Positions 1-13,727 of a stretch of DNA of 64,000 nt are shown in pieces (positions within the stretch are counted from its first letter, which is position 1; each line of letters starts with the position of its first letter). The translations under genes were made by a program, and so were the position numbers. Origin of the DNA: Camelus dromedarius (taxonomy: Eukaryota); the NCBI RefSeq assembly GCF_036321535.1, contig NC_087437.1, positions 56,298,001 through 56,362,000 on the forward strand, in the 5' to 3' direction. The notes under the pieces were generated by a model, which saw nothing but the letters and a program-made list of their open reading frames with translations, ran no database searches and was not told where the DNA came from.

Positions 1-249
1 ATTTGTTATTATAAAAGCTATATAGGTGCATTGTAGAAAGTTGGAAAACATAACCAAAAGTGTATGATATTTAAATACCATGGGACTGACTATATTCTCT
101 CCACCTGTATCACTGCTCCTAAAACCTTCCTGAACATCTCTACATTCTTCCAGATATTTTGTGTTTACACACATACACACAGACAATATATTTCTTTTTT
201 AAGAGATCATTTTTAAGAGGTCACTTTAAGAGATCATGTGTTGCTTTGT

Positions 250-1700
250 AACCTACTTTTTTCCTCCATTAATTACCATTATCTTTCCATAGCAATACAT
301 TTGCATCTTATCTAATACCTGATCCATGTTTAAATTTCCCTGAGTTTCTCAAAATGCACTATGCTACTGTTTACTTCAAACCAATATTTGCATTTCCTCT
401 GGTTGTTATGCCTTTTATGTCTCTTTTAACCAAGCTACATTTTTTTTTTTTTAATCCCTGGCTTTTTTTTTTTAAAGAAACTGAACTGGTTTTCCTACAG
501 TTTGTTCCATCTTCTGGGTTTTCCTGGTGGTGTCATTTAGATTGTTTCCCTATACCTTGTATTTCCAGTAAACTGGAATTTAAATCAAAAGGCTTTGATG
601 GAATCAAGTCAAATAGTTCCTTACATACACCATACGTGAATCTTATCTGGAGACCTAATATCTGGTTGATTTAGCCTCAGTTGTGCTAAGGTTGTTCACT
701 GGATTGGGGCGATGCCAATCCAATGCTTCCATTCTTCACTTACACATATTTTTCCTTTAGTGACAAAAATGAGTGATTATTGTGGTGCTATTTTGGAAAC
801 TCGGAATATCTCATTCTCTATCAACCATAATAATAAATTTAAAATAATACTTCTAACAATTGATAATCTTTATCTGAGTAAGTAAATACATCAGTTACAG
901 GTTGAAGAAAGATTACTTTTAAATTTCTATTTTAGGTCCATCTGCTGAAAACTTCTGTAAAATAAGCCTTAGTCTCTTCGTTTGTCTGTTTAGTTACCCT
1001 GAGAAGACAGGATAAATGGTTAATTCTTCCCCTTCATTTACCAATTTACTCATACAAAATAAGGAGCTGGTTTATTAGTGAGATAATATATAATTTATCA
1101 GCCAAACAGGGACAATCTGAGAATAAAAGTGGGTGCTATAAATAATTAAGTCAGAACTCTCCTGGGAAAGCAAGGAGGTATGGTTCTTCTTTTAGCTCGA
1201 AGGATGATGAATAATTTGCAACTATTTCTTTGTATTTGAGTGTCATTATAACTTGCAGAGTTTCATTGATTTAATGTGTTTTAATCCGCAATACCTATTA
1301 TTATTATGATACTTACATTGGTTCCCCTTTGGTCTTGTGTGGGCTTTTTAAAGCTGGCTCCTGTGTTTTCTTGACACAGTTCTTTAAAAAAAATTTTTTT
1401 TCAGTAATTGTAATGTTGAAGTACATACAGAAAAGTACATGTTTACAGCTAGATGAATTTTCACAAAGTGAATATACCTGTATAATCTGTATTCATGTCA
1501 ATAAATAAAAGATTATCCTTTCTCAGAAGTTCCCTCTGACTCACCTTCTAGTCATTACCCTCCCCGTTCTGTGGGTAACCACCTATCCTGACTTCTAAAA
1601 CCATAGATTAGTTCTGTCTGTTTTTGAACTACAGTGTATTTAACTCTTTATGTCTAACTTCTTTCACTCAACATTATGTCCTCAGATTCAACTTAGTTAT
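250..1700 (-). mobile_element. Old L1MC/L1ME 3' fragments
   Basis: T-rich antisense L1M phrases (ccttgtatttccagtaaactgga; gatgaattttcacaaagtgaat; ctgacttctaaaaccatagattag). Confidence 0.6.
1077..1192 (+). mobile_element. MER81-like hAT MITE
   Basis: atataatttatcagccaaacagggaca...ggtgctataaataatta. Confidence 0.6.
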
Positions 1701-1999
1701 TTTTAACACACTTTCCAGAGGGTTCTTCTGAGCATGCATAGCCCAGTTAACTGACCCAAGTGTAAAAATCACTTTTAGAAAACTATCTGGGTAAAGATGA
1801 TTTCCATACAAGGGGATTGGATAATACAATTATGTCCTTCACCATATAGTTTTCTTGTTCATAATACTGTAAACTGTAAAATTTTCAGATATTCTGATAT
1901 TACATTCTTTAACACTCTCTTCCTTGCTCACCACCCTCCAACCAACTGCATTTCTTTCTCTGCCTCAAAAGCCCCATGTTTCTCTTGCCAGTAGCCCTG

Positions 2000-2780
2000 C
2001 AACAACTTCTCTGCTTTCCAATTCTTACCCCTAGCATCCTTCCTCTCTCAGTAACACATCATCACTTCTTCAGGGAGACCTCCCTGACTTCCACTAGACT
2101 GGGTAAGGCCAGTGGAAGTCCCTAATACCTGAGGGCTCTGCTTTCATTCCCCCCATTGCACTTCACTTAGGAGTGTGGTTTCCAGATCCATATCTCGATC
2201 TCCTGCAAGTTTGCAAGCCCTAAGAGAGCAAAACACATTCTCCTTTGTGCACTGCTCTATTCCTGGTACCTGGCAGAGTGCCTGATGCATAGTAGACCTT
2301 TAATACATATTTTTGAATAAATGATGATAATACCTTAACCGGAAAAGCTAAGCATTTTATTTGCATCCATTGCATGCAATTACTTCCTCATTGGATTATT
2401 CCTTCCATTATTCATGCATACATTTGTTCAGTTTAACTGAAAGGCTGTCTCCTTATTTTCAAGCAACCTAAGGCATAGAGGGGACAGAGGCATAAAAACA
2501 CGAAGCTTAGAGTGCAATAAAGTAATTGCCGTAATGTGGGTGTGAACAAAACGTCATGGGAAAAGCAATCACCGCCTCTGCCTGTGGAGTCAGGGAAGGC
2601 TTCACAGAGGAGGGAAATTCCAGCTGAGAAAAGAAAGACGGTAAGTATTTTCAAAGAGAACAAATTAGGGGAAAGAGTTCTCTGCAAAGAGAAAAACGTG
2701 CACAAAGAATGAAGAGAGGGCAACTAATGTGCTAAAAATCACAAGCAGTTCCATGTCCTCAGAGCATAATTGGGATAAGG
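2000..2780. mobile_element. Two tail-to-tail L2 3' fragments
   Basis: cctggcagagtgcctgatgcatagtag...ttgaataaatga on +, then an antisense L2-like segment (tcagggaaggcttcacagaggagg). Confidence 0.6.
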
Positions 2781-5700
2781 AAGTTTAGATATTCACAGAT
2801 TACTTTAAAATAAAAACCCTAGGAAGATGGCATTTTCTTTCTTTCCAGTGTAGGAAAATTGAGGTGAAGTTGTTTGCTAAAAAGCCGTTGACCACCATTA
2901 GAAATACTACCCAAGTTCATAAGGTGTTAGTTTTATTCTGTGGGGTAACTATCATGGTTTCTGGTTTCCCTCCTACAGTCAGCCTCTTTGAGGCATCATC
3001 TATGTAGGGAAGTCATTAATACAGCCTTCACCGTCACAGAGACACGTTTGATTCCCAAATTCATCTTCCTACCGTATCCTCTACTTTACACCTTATCTTC
3101 TTTCAAATCAAATCTTTTACCTTTTCATTTTTTTTACTTCATCTCAACATTCCAATTTCATTTTAAGGAGATAAACTGGGAACTACGTGGGAAAAGCATT
3201 CCTGGAGCAGATTCTGCAGTTTTTGAGCTATGAAGCAATCGTTCTCAAATGAACAATGTCAGCCCCTGATATGCAGTAATTAACTGGAAGATAATATAAT
3301 GCACAATCCAATATTGGTTACCCTGTTTCCATTCAAAAAGGCTAGTGATTTGTCATTTAAAATTTTTACTGAAATCTTTATTTGTTTTAAAAAGAAAAGA
3401 AAGAAGAATAAAACAAACAAAAACATCAATTATCCCAGCACCCAGAGAATCTTCGTTAACAGAGAAAAAAAATACATGCATAAGATTTCTCTAAAGTTAA
3501 GAGTACAGAAATGTAAATATTAACAGCGTCTCTCTTATTCACCTCAATGGTCCACCCTCATCTCTCTCCCAGGAGGTGTACCCTTCAAATATCTCTGCTA
3601 TCCTTTCACAGGGAAAAATGGTACTTTATGGCACACATAGATCTTTTGAAAATGTATACTCTTCTTCTACCTTTTAAAAATAAAATTAATAATTAACTAT
3701 ATTTATTGGCATTTTTCCATATTGCCTCATTCTTTTCAATGCTGCATAGTTCTTTGTTCATATGTACCACTATTTTTGCTATTTTTGCTATTATATGAGA
3801 TGTGGCAAAGAACATTGTTTTAAAAGCATCTTTGTTTTCTTATAGAATAATAACTATAGTATTACTTTCTTTGTCTAAAAGTAGAAATGGCTGAATCCTT
3901 GTGGAGATGTATTAACATTTTTGATATATATAGCCAAATTGGCCTTCAAAAGATGTGCTAATTTATCAGGAGTGTATACAAATACTTGTTTCCCCACACC
4001 CTTGCCAACACAAGGTATTAGCAACATTTAATATTATTACCACTTTTATGGGTAAAAAATGATTTATTGTTGTTTTAATTTACACTTATTTAACTAAATT
4101 GAGCATAGCTGATAAACTTTTATTATAGTCACTAATTATTTGAATATTTATTTCCAAAGGTGAAAATTATGTTTTTTTGTTTTTAGTCTCATACTAGCAT
4201 GTATCTCCAATTTCAAAACACATGTTGAGCTTCTGAAATTGTGTTATACTTACTGCCCATGGTGTCTGAAAACATTTTTAGGTGGTGCATTGAATATTTT
4301 TCTTTTACTGTCATCTTTTTTTATGTGGATTTGAATAAGCATGTTATCCACTTACAATATAATTTAAAGTTTTCATTTAAATATATTTAAGTTTGAAATG
4401 GAGTTGATTTAAAAATATATTAAATGAAAATAAGTAAAAATGCTTTTTAGGTATATCCAAAATAAGAATGCCCATATTCGAGTGATTGAATAGAGTACAC
4501 AGTGGGTTAATCAATGTACTATTCTTAAAATATACTCCAAGCAAAAGGTTCAAAAGTTTATTAAATTTCATTGCTTAGGCAAAGTAGAGCCACAAGTTAG
4601 AATTAGAGTTAGCAAGTAAAAAGAGGACACATGCTCAGATTCAACCTATAGGCTTTCTCCAGAGCCAAAAAGTAAGAAAACAGAATATTTTTTAGTTATT
4701 TAAAATAGATCTCAGAAATTACATTTCACTCATAAATATTTTACTATATATGTATGACAGATAAAGACTTTTTAACAATGTAACCACAATACCATCATCA
4801 CAGTCAACAACATGAACAATTAACAACTCCTTAATATCAATTTTCCCAAAGTCTATTTTGTTTCAGCTGTCTGAAAATGTCCTTTTCAACTGGATCTAAA
4901 TTGCCCACACTTTGCATTTGATATAACTCAAATAAAATACTATCATTTTAATTTCTATAATCTGTATTTGAATGAGGATTTAGAAGACTTGAAAAATGCA
5001 AAGTACTATAAGGTTTCCTTTGCAAAACTCAACTTCTTCCACAAAACTGATGGGTTAAACGTTCTGTTGATAATGTTTGGAGGTGGCAGGGATGGTGGTG
5101 GTGGAGAAGTTGTAGTTAAAAATAGAAATTTAAGAGAAGTTAAGGGGATGCTTTTGTGATACAGGTTTGGTACAGGAAAGGAAAATGAAGCCAGATAGAC
5201 CTGGCCCTTTACCGTCTTCCTGAGTTTGCTGGAAGAGGTGCTGGGTATAGGAGGAAAATTGGGAAGGGTTGTGGAAATCATCAAATGTTTCTATTTTCTA
5301 AATTAAGTTTTTGTATGCAAAGCAAAGTCTATGTAGCCCAGAGAACTAGAGGAAGGAATTGAGAGATACTCTAGTTGCAAATCATAGTTTTCCTTTTATA
5401 AAATTTAAACAAACATTATACAGTGCCTTTGTTTTCTAAAGTTATTGCACAGAAAGTATTGATTACAGGAGGAAATCAAAGGGGGGTTCATTTCATTGTT
5501 AAAGGGAAAAGCTTCAAGTTCAGTAAATAAAAACAAAATAAGCTGATTTGGTTAATATAACAGAAATTGAAGCAGTCAGAAAACCTTGTCATAAGCAGAC
5601 AAAATAAAAGTGAAGAAAACTAAGAAAAAATGCATTATTGGAGAATAAAAACTGGAGAGCTAAGGCTTAATCACATGGAGTTAATGTTCTAGTATTGGTT

Positions 5701-5785
5701 ATTCAGAGAATATGCCAATTCTTGCTGCCTTCTCAATGGAATCCTCTCCTTTTGCTACTAAAATTATATTAAATTAAAAACATGT

Positions 5786-5900
5786 GGTGGGTGGAAATAG
5801 CTCAGTGGTAGAGCACATGCTTAGCATGCACAAGGTACTGGGTTCAATCCCCAGCACCTCCATTAAAAAATAATAAAAATAAATAAAAAATAAATAAATA
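5786..5900 (+). mobile_element. tRNA-Ala-derived SINE (camelid Vic-1-like)
   Basis: A box TAGCTCAGTGG, B box GGTTCAATCC, anticodon-arm remnant gcttagcatgc, A-rich tail, aacatgt TSD (5779-5785 / 5900-5906). Confidence 0.88.
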
Positions 5901-6139
5901 ACATGTATTTATAAAGTATATAAACTCTCCCCTACAGCCTTACACAGTTTAGTTTTGGTTGCAAACATCCTGTAAACCTCAAACAGAAAAACAGAAGTCC
6001 TGCAGTCACACAGACTTACCCTTTTCAGTGACCATCTATTGTTAGCTGAGTATGTCTTTTGATTGTCCATTCATTACATTTAGCAGCTTATCAGAGAGTT
6101 CCTTTCAACTGCAAACTCTCTTTAAAAGAAAAAACTTTT

Positions 6140-7634
6140 AACAAAACAGCATGATATTGGTACAAAAATAGGCATATGGATCAATGGAACAGAATATAGA
6201 GCCCAGAAATAAGCTCAAATTTTTGGACAATTAATCTTTGACTAAGGAGCAAGAACATACAATAGAGTAAAGACCGTCTCGTCAGCAAATGGTGTTGGGA
6301 AAATTGGACAGCTGCGTGTAAATCAATGAAGTTAGAACACTTCCTCACATCACACACAAAAATAAACTCAAAATGGTTACAGACTTAAGCATAAGACACT
6401 ATAAACCTCTTAGAAGAAAACATAGGCAAATCATTATATGACATAAATCTCAGCAATGCTCTCCTAGGGCAGTCTACCCAAGCAATAGAAATAAAAGCAA
6501 AAATAAACAAAAGGAACTCAATTAAACTTACATACTTTTGCACAGCAAAGGAAACCGTAGGCAAAACAAAAGGACAACCTACAGAATAGGAAAAAATATT
6601 TGCAAAAGATGAGACTGACAAGGGCTTAATCTCCAGAATATATAAACAGCTCATACAACTTAATAAGAAAAAAACAAAACAAAAAAACCCCAATCCAAAA
6701 ATGAGCAGAAGACCTAAACAAGCAGTTCTCCAATGAAGACATACAAATGGCCAATAGGCACGTGAAAAAATTCTCAATATTATTCTCTATCACAGAAATG
6801 CAGATTAAAACTCAATGAGGTATCACCTCACTCCACTCAGAAGGGCCATCATTCAAAAGCCCACAAACAGTAAATGCTGGAGAGACTGTGGAGAAAAGAG
6901 AACCCTCCTACACTGCTGGTGGGAATATAGTTTGGTGCAGCCATTATGGAAAACAGTATGGAGATTCCTCAAAAGACTAAAAATAGACTTACTATATGAT
7001 CCAGCAATCCCATTCCTGGACATATATCCAGAGGGAACCTTAATTCAAAAAGATATATGCATCCCATTGTTCACAGCAGCACTATTTACAATAGCCAAGA
7101 TACGGAAACAACTTAAATGTCCATCAACAGATGACTGAATAAAGAAGTTGTGGTATATTTATACAATGAACTACTACTCAGTCATAAAAAAATAATAAAA
7201 TAATGCCATTTGCAGCAACATGGATGGACCTAGAGACTGTCTTTCTAAGTGAAGTAAGCCAGAAAGAGAAAGAAAAATACCATATGATACCACTTGTATG
7301 TGGTATCTAAGAAAAAGACAAACTTATTTACAAAACAGAAACAGACTCACAGACATAGAAAACAAACTTATGGTTACCGGGGGGGAAGAGGGTAGGAAGG
7401 GATAAGTTGGGAGTTGGAGATCTGCAGACACTAATACATATAAAATAGATAAACAACAAGTTAATATTGTATAGCACAGAAAACTATACTCAATATCATG
7501 TAGTAACTTATGGTTAAAAAGAATATGAAAGCGAACTATGTATGTTACTATATGGTTGAAGTATTGTGCTATATACCAGAAATTGACACAACATTGTAAA
7601 CTGACTATACTTCAATAAAAATTATTTTAAAAAA
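6140..7634 (+). mobile_element. 5'-truncated LINE-1: ORF2 C-terminus plus 3'UTR, relatively young and disrupted
   Basis: ORF 6815..7138 (MRYHLTP...[16 protein letters not shown]...[11 protein letters not shown]) is the L1 ORF2 cysteine-rich C-terminal region. In-frame stops and frameshifts flank it. Ends in AATAAA and an A-rich tail; no clean TSD seen. Confidence 0.95.
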
Positions 7635-10600
7635 CCCTCCACGTCTTCAGTAAGACCTTAGCACCCCAGTAATGTTTTGGCATCCTTAAGAGACTACCAT
7701 CCCATCCCTTCGCTCAATTCTTCTTGTATAGCATTGATCTATTTTGTTGGCAGGTGACAAACATTCCACATGGTATCATATCATGTAAGCATGCAGTTGT
7801 CCACTGATTATTCAAAACAAATTCCTAGGTTTTATTTTGTCTCTCAATATTCTTCAAGAAAAAAAATAATAGCTCTAGGGCTTCTAAATCTAGAAAGCAA
7901 TTAGCCAGTGGTACCTAAGACTTTTTAACATTATAAACTTACCCAGATTTAGATGCATCATAGAGAGAATAACCTGAATTGATACATGAATTCAGTTTTT
8001 ATATCCAATGGAAAAAATAAAAACTGATGAATTACTTAATATAAAGAGAAATATAATTATGTTAATTACTAGAGAAAGGGAAATTCTCTTAGTTTTGCTT
8101 ACTGCATCCATAAACAGATTTTCCTAAGAGGAAATCTTTCCTTGATAAACATGATAATGAAACTTAACATGCCTGCATTTGTCGATAACTTCAGTGTTTC
8201 TGGGCAATACCACTTTTCATCTTACTAATATAAAAATCTGACATCTTGACTGGTACACATTACTTGCTTCATGAATCATAGAGTTGGTCTAGACTCGCAT
8301 AATATTAGAAGGGAAAAATAAATATTTCCAAAAGCACAAATGTAAATTACATTTTGTTTATCACCAAATTATTCTATTTTGTAAAGGGATATTAATTTAT
8401 TTCATTTTCCCAGAGCTATATTTAGTAAAATAACAAAAAATGCTATTTTCCAGGATCTAGTATTGAACATGAAAAAAAAAACAACCTGTATTGTTATTTT
8501 ATACAAAATCACAAAGCAAAATAAATTTAAAAGTAAAAGATTCCTTTGGAATGTATGTTCTATTTTCCTCCTTTGTTCTGATCTGAAAAAAAAAAAAGTC
8601 ATTCTCTACTGGAAGTGGACTCACAGCCAACACATTTTTGTTGTCTCATTTTCTCATATACAATCCTCAAGTACTTCACATTTTGCCTTAAATATAATAT
8701 TCTGGTTGAGTTTCATTTCATAGTCCACATGAATGCTATTTAGTCCTATCCCAGCTCTATTTCATTTCTGTGAAAGATATTGAATTTTAAAGTTGTCTTT
8801 TATAAAACTTGTGCTCCTGACACAAATGAAACAGATTTGGAACCACAAAACTGAAAATTAAAAGGGACCTCATGGTCAGGTAAAAAAGAAGTAGGCTAGA
8901 CCCTTAGGGTCAGTGCTGTATGTGTTACGGACCATGTGAGCATCCCATACACAAATTACCCTGCCTTTGCAGGCAGCACAAACTCACAGGTGTCACCCTC
9001 AGAAGTGTGAGTATATTGCAAATTTCCTAGACTCTCTGATGGCAGACATCTCACCTGATGCTCAGCTGCATTGTGAGCAATATGACCTACAATAGTAGAT
9101 TCCTCTTTGCAAATCTGAAACTCACTATTATTCCATTCTGCTAGGGTCTGTCAAAAATCCAGCTTCGTGGTTTCCTTTAGCCATCAAATCAAATCTAGCT
9201 ATTGGGCTAGAATCATAGACAGGCTTTCATGCCCTCTGCTGGATGTTCAAAGAAAAAGCTACACTTTGTAACAGTAAGGAAAACCTCATTTAAAAAATGA
9301 ATGCTCTTTGACAAGGGAAGAAAAAAAAAAAAATCCATTCCTATCAGAATTGAAATCTGAGAAGCTAGGTTAAAATGAATTTTAATGACTTTTGATAAAC
9401 TAAGATACAGGCACAGATTTTCAGAAATGAGATAACAGAAAAGGAACGCAGGTTTATTTTTTAAATGTCTGCTTTAAATGTCATGAAAATCATACAACCC
9501 AAATTAGTTTTATAATTTTATTATTTACAGTAGTTTTCAGTGGCCCATAAAGAGCACCTGCTACAGAGCTTTCAGGTGTCTGTCTGTTCTCTAGAATAAA
9601 GTGGTGGAAGCTCTAGTATTATCAAAAAGTTGGTTGGAGAAATATATCCAGAACCTTGTACAATACTTGACATATAAAGTATTTTTAGGCATTAAATGAA
9701 AATGTGCCCTGTGATATTTGATAAGAAATCTTTGTTGGAAAAGTCTCAATGAAAACAAACATTTTTTACCAGTCCTACCCACGCACCAAGCATGTACTTC
9801 GGTTAGACTCACACTGACACATAAAGCAAGTCACTTAGAAAGAAATTCCAATCGCTTCAACCCTGATTTTCACTAATGTCTTCATCAAACTCCAGCTGCT
9901 GAATCATTAACCATGTTTCCAGATGTGCTTACACTTTTCAAGGTATTAATTATAACCGCTGCCTGTTCTATAATTGGAATGGATTTTAACATACGTAGCT
10001 TATAGGATATGAACAAAAACGCTTTCCTTAGAGTCATTTATTTGAAATAAACGTAATTATAACCCACATTCTCTGATGTTTATTTTTATAGCCACTTTTG
10101 AAGATAAAAGATCATAGTGGAAAAATACCTGGAATAGGAATTGAAAGATCAAAACACATAGTCTAGTTTTGTCTCACACTAATTAGCTATGCACCTTGAA
10201 CTAGTCAATTATCTTTCCAAAGCCCATTTTTCTCATTTGTTAAGTGAAAGCAGTTATATATTTGTATATATATGTATTTCTTTTGTGTTTTTTAAATAGA
10301 ATTTTGCTGAGGTCTTCAACTATAAGAGTAATGTACAAACAATATTGAAAAATTAGAAAATCCAAAAACATGAATAAAAAAAATGAAATTACCTGTAGCC
10401 CCACCACCTAAAGACCTTTATGTTTAACATTTTTCCTTATGGTATAATTTCCTTTGTTTGTTTGCAATTGCAAAGTACAAATTTGCCAAACATTTATGTA
10501 TTTCACTCTATGTATTTTTTTGTATTAAAGTAACACTTGCATTTGTTTTTAAAAGTCAAATAGTACTGTTGGCTCATGATGAAAATCAGCACTTCTTCCC

Positions 10601-11739
10601 ATATAGCATTATCTCCAAGTCCCATTTCTTCGAGGAAATGATTTTCAACTATTTTAGCATTTTGTTTCAGATATTTATGACCTAATTTCCAGATGATGTA
10701 CTTTACCATTATTTTCTGATCTAAAAAAAATTAGACATTATTCATTGGCTCCACACAATCTGAGATTAGGATTTACTCTTTTATTATAGCCTGCCACCTT
10801 CCCTCATACACACTTCCCTCCTCTGCCTACCTTGTCGATACGAATAATGTCCATTTTATAATTCAACATTAATTACTTACATTATTCATAACAAAAATTT
10901 GGGGGCTTAATTCAATTTTTATTTTTCACAGATTTATAATCACCTTATGTTTTCAGTCCCTTTGCTTTCCATTTACTGATAGTTAATTTATCACCACATT
11001 TTCATTACATATTCTTCCTTAATCCTACCTCTTGTTCTCCAACAGCTGTTTGCTGTGATGTTCCCATTGGAACTGGCTCTTCTCTGCGCTGCTTCAGTGC
11101 TGTCTTTCTGTAGGTCAAGTTCATCATCACTTCCCAAATCCTCTTCACCTCTCTTGCCTCTAATTCTTGAGCGGTTCTGCGTTGGTACAGCACGAACTTG
11201 CTCGATTATTCTGTTTCTTTCCTTAAGACACTTAGCAAAGTGGAGAAACGTGAAACCCAGTCAATTTTGATTTATCTACCTGTATCCATCACATACACAT
11301 TTCCATGTACTAAAACTCACTGCTTATTTTCTTCATCATCTTCTTGCCACTCTCCTCATTCTTGTGAATTAAAAACATGTTTACTCCTTTACTATAACTT
11401 TAGCAGGTTTAAGAAGGGAATGGCTATGTTCAACTCACTATGTGTAACTTGACGTTAAGAATAGCAAGGCTAAAAACTTATTGGGAGAATGAAGTCTGAA
11501 AGCGGTTTGTGCACCCTAAAGCCTCCACACGTATCAGGGATTATTAGGGCATAATTAACACAAGTTTCGCTGGGCACCTTTCATCAGTGATTACTAATGA
11601 GATTATCTTACCAGCACTGTCAGCTTTCCCCGGCTGTTACCCACATTCACTTTTGTAAGGCTTCATCTCCGTCAAATTCCCATCCAGCTATTTTTGGAAA
11701 TTTCCAGAACCAGGGAACTTACAAAATTTATTTGAATAT

Positions 11740-12720
11740 ATGGTAAGTGCGAGGCTGCTTTAGAAGCCTGAGTTATAAATCAGTGGCTAACACAAAGATC
11801 CCTTCCTTCGTGGATTTATGCCCTAGCAAGAGAAGACACATAGCAGAATATAAATAGAATTTTGCTATGCAGTACAGTAGAAGATGCTACGTAGGAGACA
11901 ATAGGTGCTATGGGCGAAGGAAAATTGCACAAGACAAGGAGGCAGAAGTGCTAGGGTTGGGAGAGGCTGCAATTTAAAGTAGGAAAAGCAGGATGGTTCG
12001 CTGTGAAAGTGACTTTCGAATAACGACTTGCAGGAGGCGAAGGGGTGAAGCAATGACGCTATCTAGGAGGAGAGCTTTGCAAGCAGAGGGAACAGTGTGT
12101 GCAAAGCCCAAAAGAACAGGTGGAGGTGGGATAATACCTGTAGGTTTGAGGACAGTGTTCCTGGAGCAAATGGACAAGGGCGAGAGTCATAAAAAGAGAC
12201 CTAAGTGGTATCTACAGAGCCTTGTGTCAAGGACTTTAGTCATTTTCTCTGAGTGAGGTGGATTGTCACTGGAGTTTAGTTAAGGGACATGGTCCTCCTT
12301 ACGCTTTAAGAATATTACTTTAGACACCATTAGATATGGAATATAAGCAAGCAAAGCTGGGAGCAAACGCCAGTTTAGATACTGTTGCAGTAATTCAGGC
12401 AAGAACTGGCAGTGAGTGGCTCACACCAGAGATGGAGTTAAGAACTGTGTGAATATAGACCTATTTCGAGAGAGCTAAGAGCTAAGCCAAGTCATTTCCG
12501 AGGTAGGAAGTCACATAAAAGGAGGACTCAAGGCTGACTCCAGGGTCTTTGGTTCAAGCACCCGGAAGGTTGCTGTTACCATCAGTTGAGATGGGGAAGG
12601 TCTGGATAAACAAGCTTGGAAAAGAGTAAGAGAGACGTTTGGTCAAGTTAAATTTGAAAGTTATATTAGGAAAACAAGTAGAGAGTCAACAGTTCTGTTC
12701 AACAAATTTGTCAGTAGAAG
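11740..12720 (-). mobile_element. LINE-2 fragment
   Basis: Purine-rich antisense L2 phrases (gcagagggaacagtgtgtgcaaagccc, aaggactttagtcattttctctgagtga, ggctgactccagggtctttgg). Confidence 0.75.
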
Positions 12721-13208
12721 ATCATATAGCATTTGCCATGAATTTCTTTTCCTGGCTCCCTTGCTCGCGGCCACTGCAGAAATGTCACTTGATACCTCAC
12801 TGCTGCTTCTGTAGTCAGAATCCTCGGTGAGAATACTGAGATCTATGTCAAGGGTTCTTATCATGGCTTGCCAAGAAATGCCAAGTCTTGAGGAAGCAGA
12901 GAAGGTCCGCGGGCTCCGGAGTCTGCACTCACGCATGGGAAATGGGAGCCTCTCCTTCGTCTCCACGTTGCGGAATTACGTGTGCTTCATAGCTTAGGTA
13001 ATCTCCTTCAACATCTGTCAGTGTTCCTCAAGGAGACGTGCAACTCCTTGAACTTTTAATCTTTCTCTTCATTCTACCTTCACCCTTCAACTCCAAATGG
13101 TCCTTCTTCCTACTGTCTCCCCTCACCCTAATTCAAGTACTCTCTTTCTGGTTCTGGGTCTAGGCATGTCTAAATCTCTGCTTGGTTCATGGTTAAATTA
13201 TGATCATT

Positions 13209-13214
13209 TTTATT
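13209..13214 (-). other. Candidate TMEM207 polyadenylation signal (AATAAA)
   Basis: tttatt on the + strand, about 380 nt past the stop codon. An ATTAAA alternative lies at 13055-13060. Usage cannot be verified from sequence alone. Confidence 0.4.
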
Positions 13215-13590
13215 AACTCCATACTAGGAAGAGATCAGATCAAAAAAGAGATTGAGGCAGAAGAAGCTGTGATGGGTACTAGAGTAGAATCCTAAACTTG
13301 ACAGACGCCACCCCATGAGTTATTTACTGCCTATTTGAGTACATGGATGAACTTCACTATAAGCATAAAAGTAGAAAGCAGCAACGATAAACTAAGAGTC
13401 CACAAGTTTACTGTGGAAACATCTTCATGACCAAAATTCTTTTTCTACATTCATTCTTTTGTATATTTGTCCTATTGTTAAGACTGTATTAATCAATCTC
13501 CAGGAGTTTTCACTAAATGAAGGAATTGTTCATAAATTTGATGTTTTGGGATTAAAAATATTTATAATGTTTTCAATTAATGATCCAGAT

Positions 13591-13727
13591 CTAAAATGGG
13601 GTTGATTTTAGGATTTCTTCATATGGAGGTGGGGGCCCTAAAGTGCCAAAACATGGAACAGGGTACAGTTGGGGGTTTTGGGTTCGAAGGTGAATGCCAA
13701 CATTTGGATTCACAGCTGCTTCTGTCC
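13591..13727 (-). CDS. TMEM207: TMEM207 coding exon 5 (137 nt to stop): (G)TEAAVNPNVGIHLRTQNPQLYPVPCFGTLGPPPPYEEILKSTPF*
   Basis: ttctctttccag acceptor; TAG at 13593-13591; PPPY motif. The five exons sum to 438 nt = 145 aa plus stop with consistent phases. Confidence 0.96.

Noticed and set aside
5786..5862. tRNA-Ala gene (also at 23.2, 26.3 and 45.6 kb)
   Set aside because: Stems are degraded and the copies have A-rich tails and, in three cases, TSDs. These are SINEs, not tRNA genes.
6385..6777. 130-aa hydrophobic ORF on the minus strand
   Set aside because: Antisense reading of L1 ORF2, a well-known source of spurious membrane-like ORFs.
10990..11260. Several overlapping ORFs and a stop-free acidic frame (EEDLGSDDELDLQKD) on the minus strand
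   Set aside because: No recognisable homology, no convincing splice pair and no poly(A)/TSD. A TBLASTX search would be needed to exclude a decayed retrocopy.
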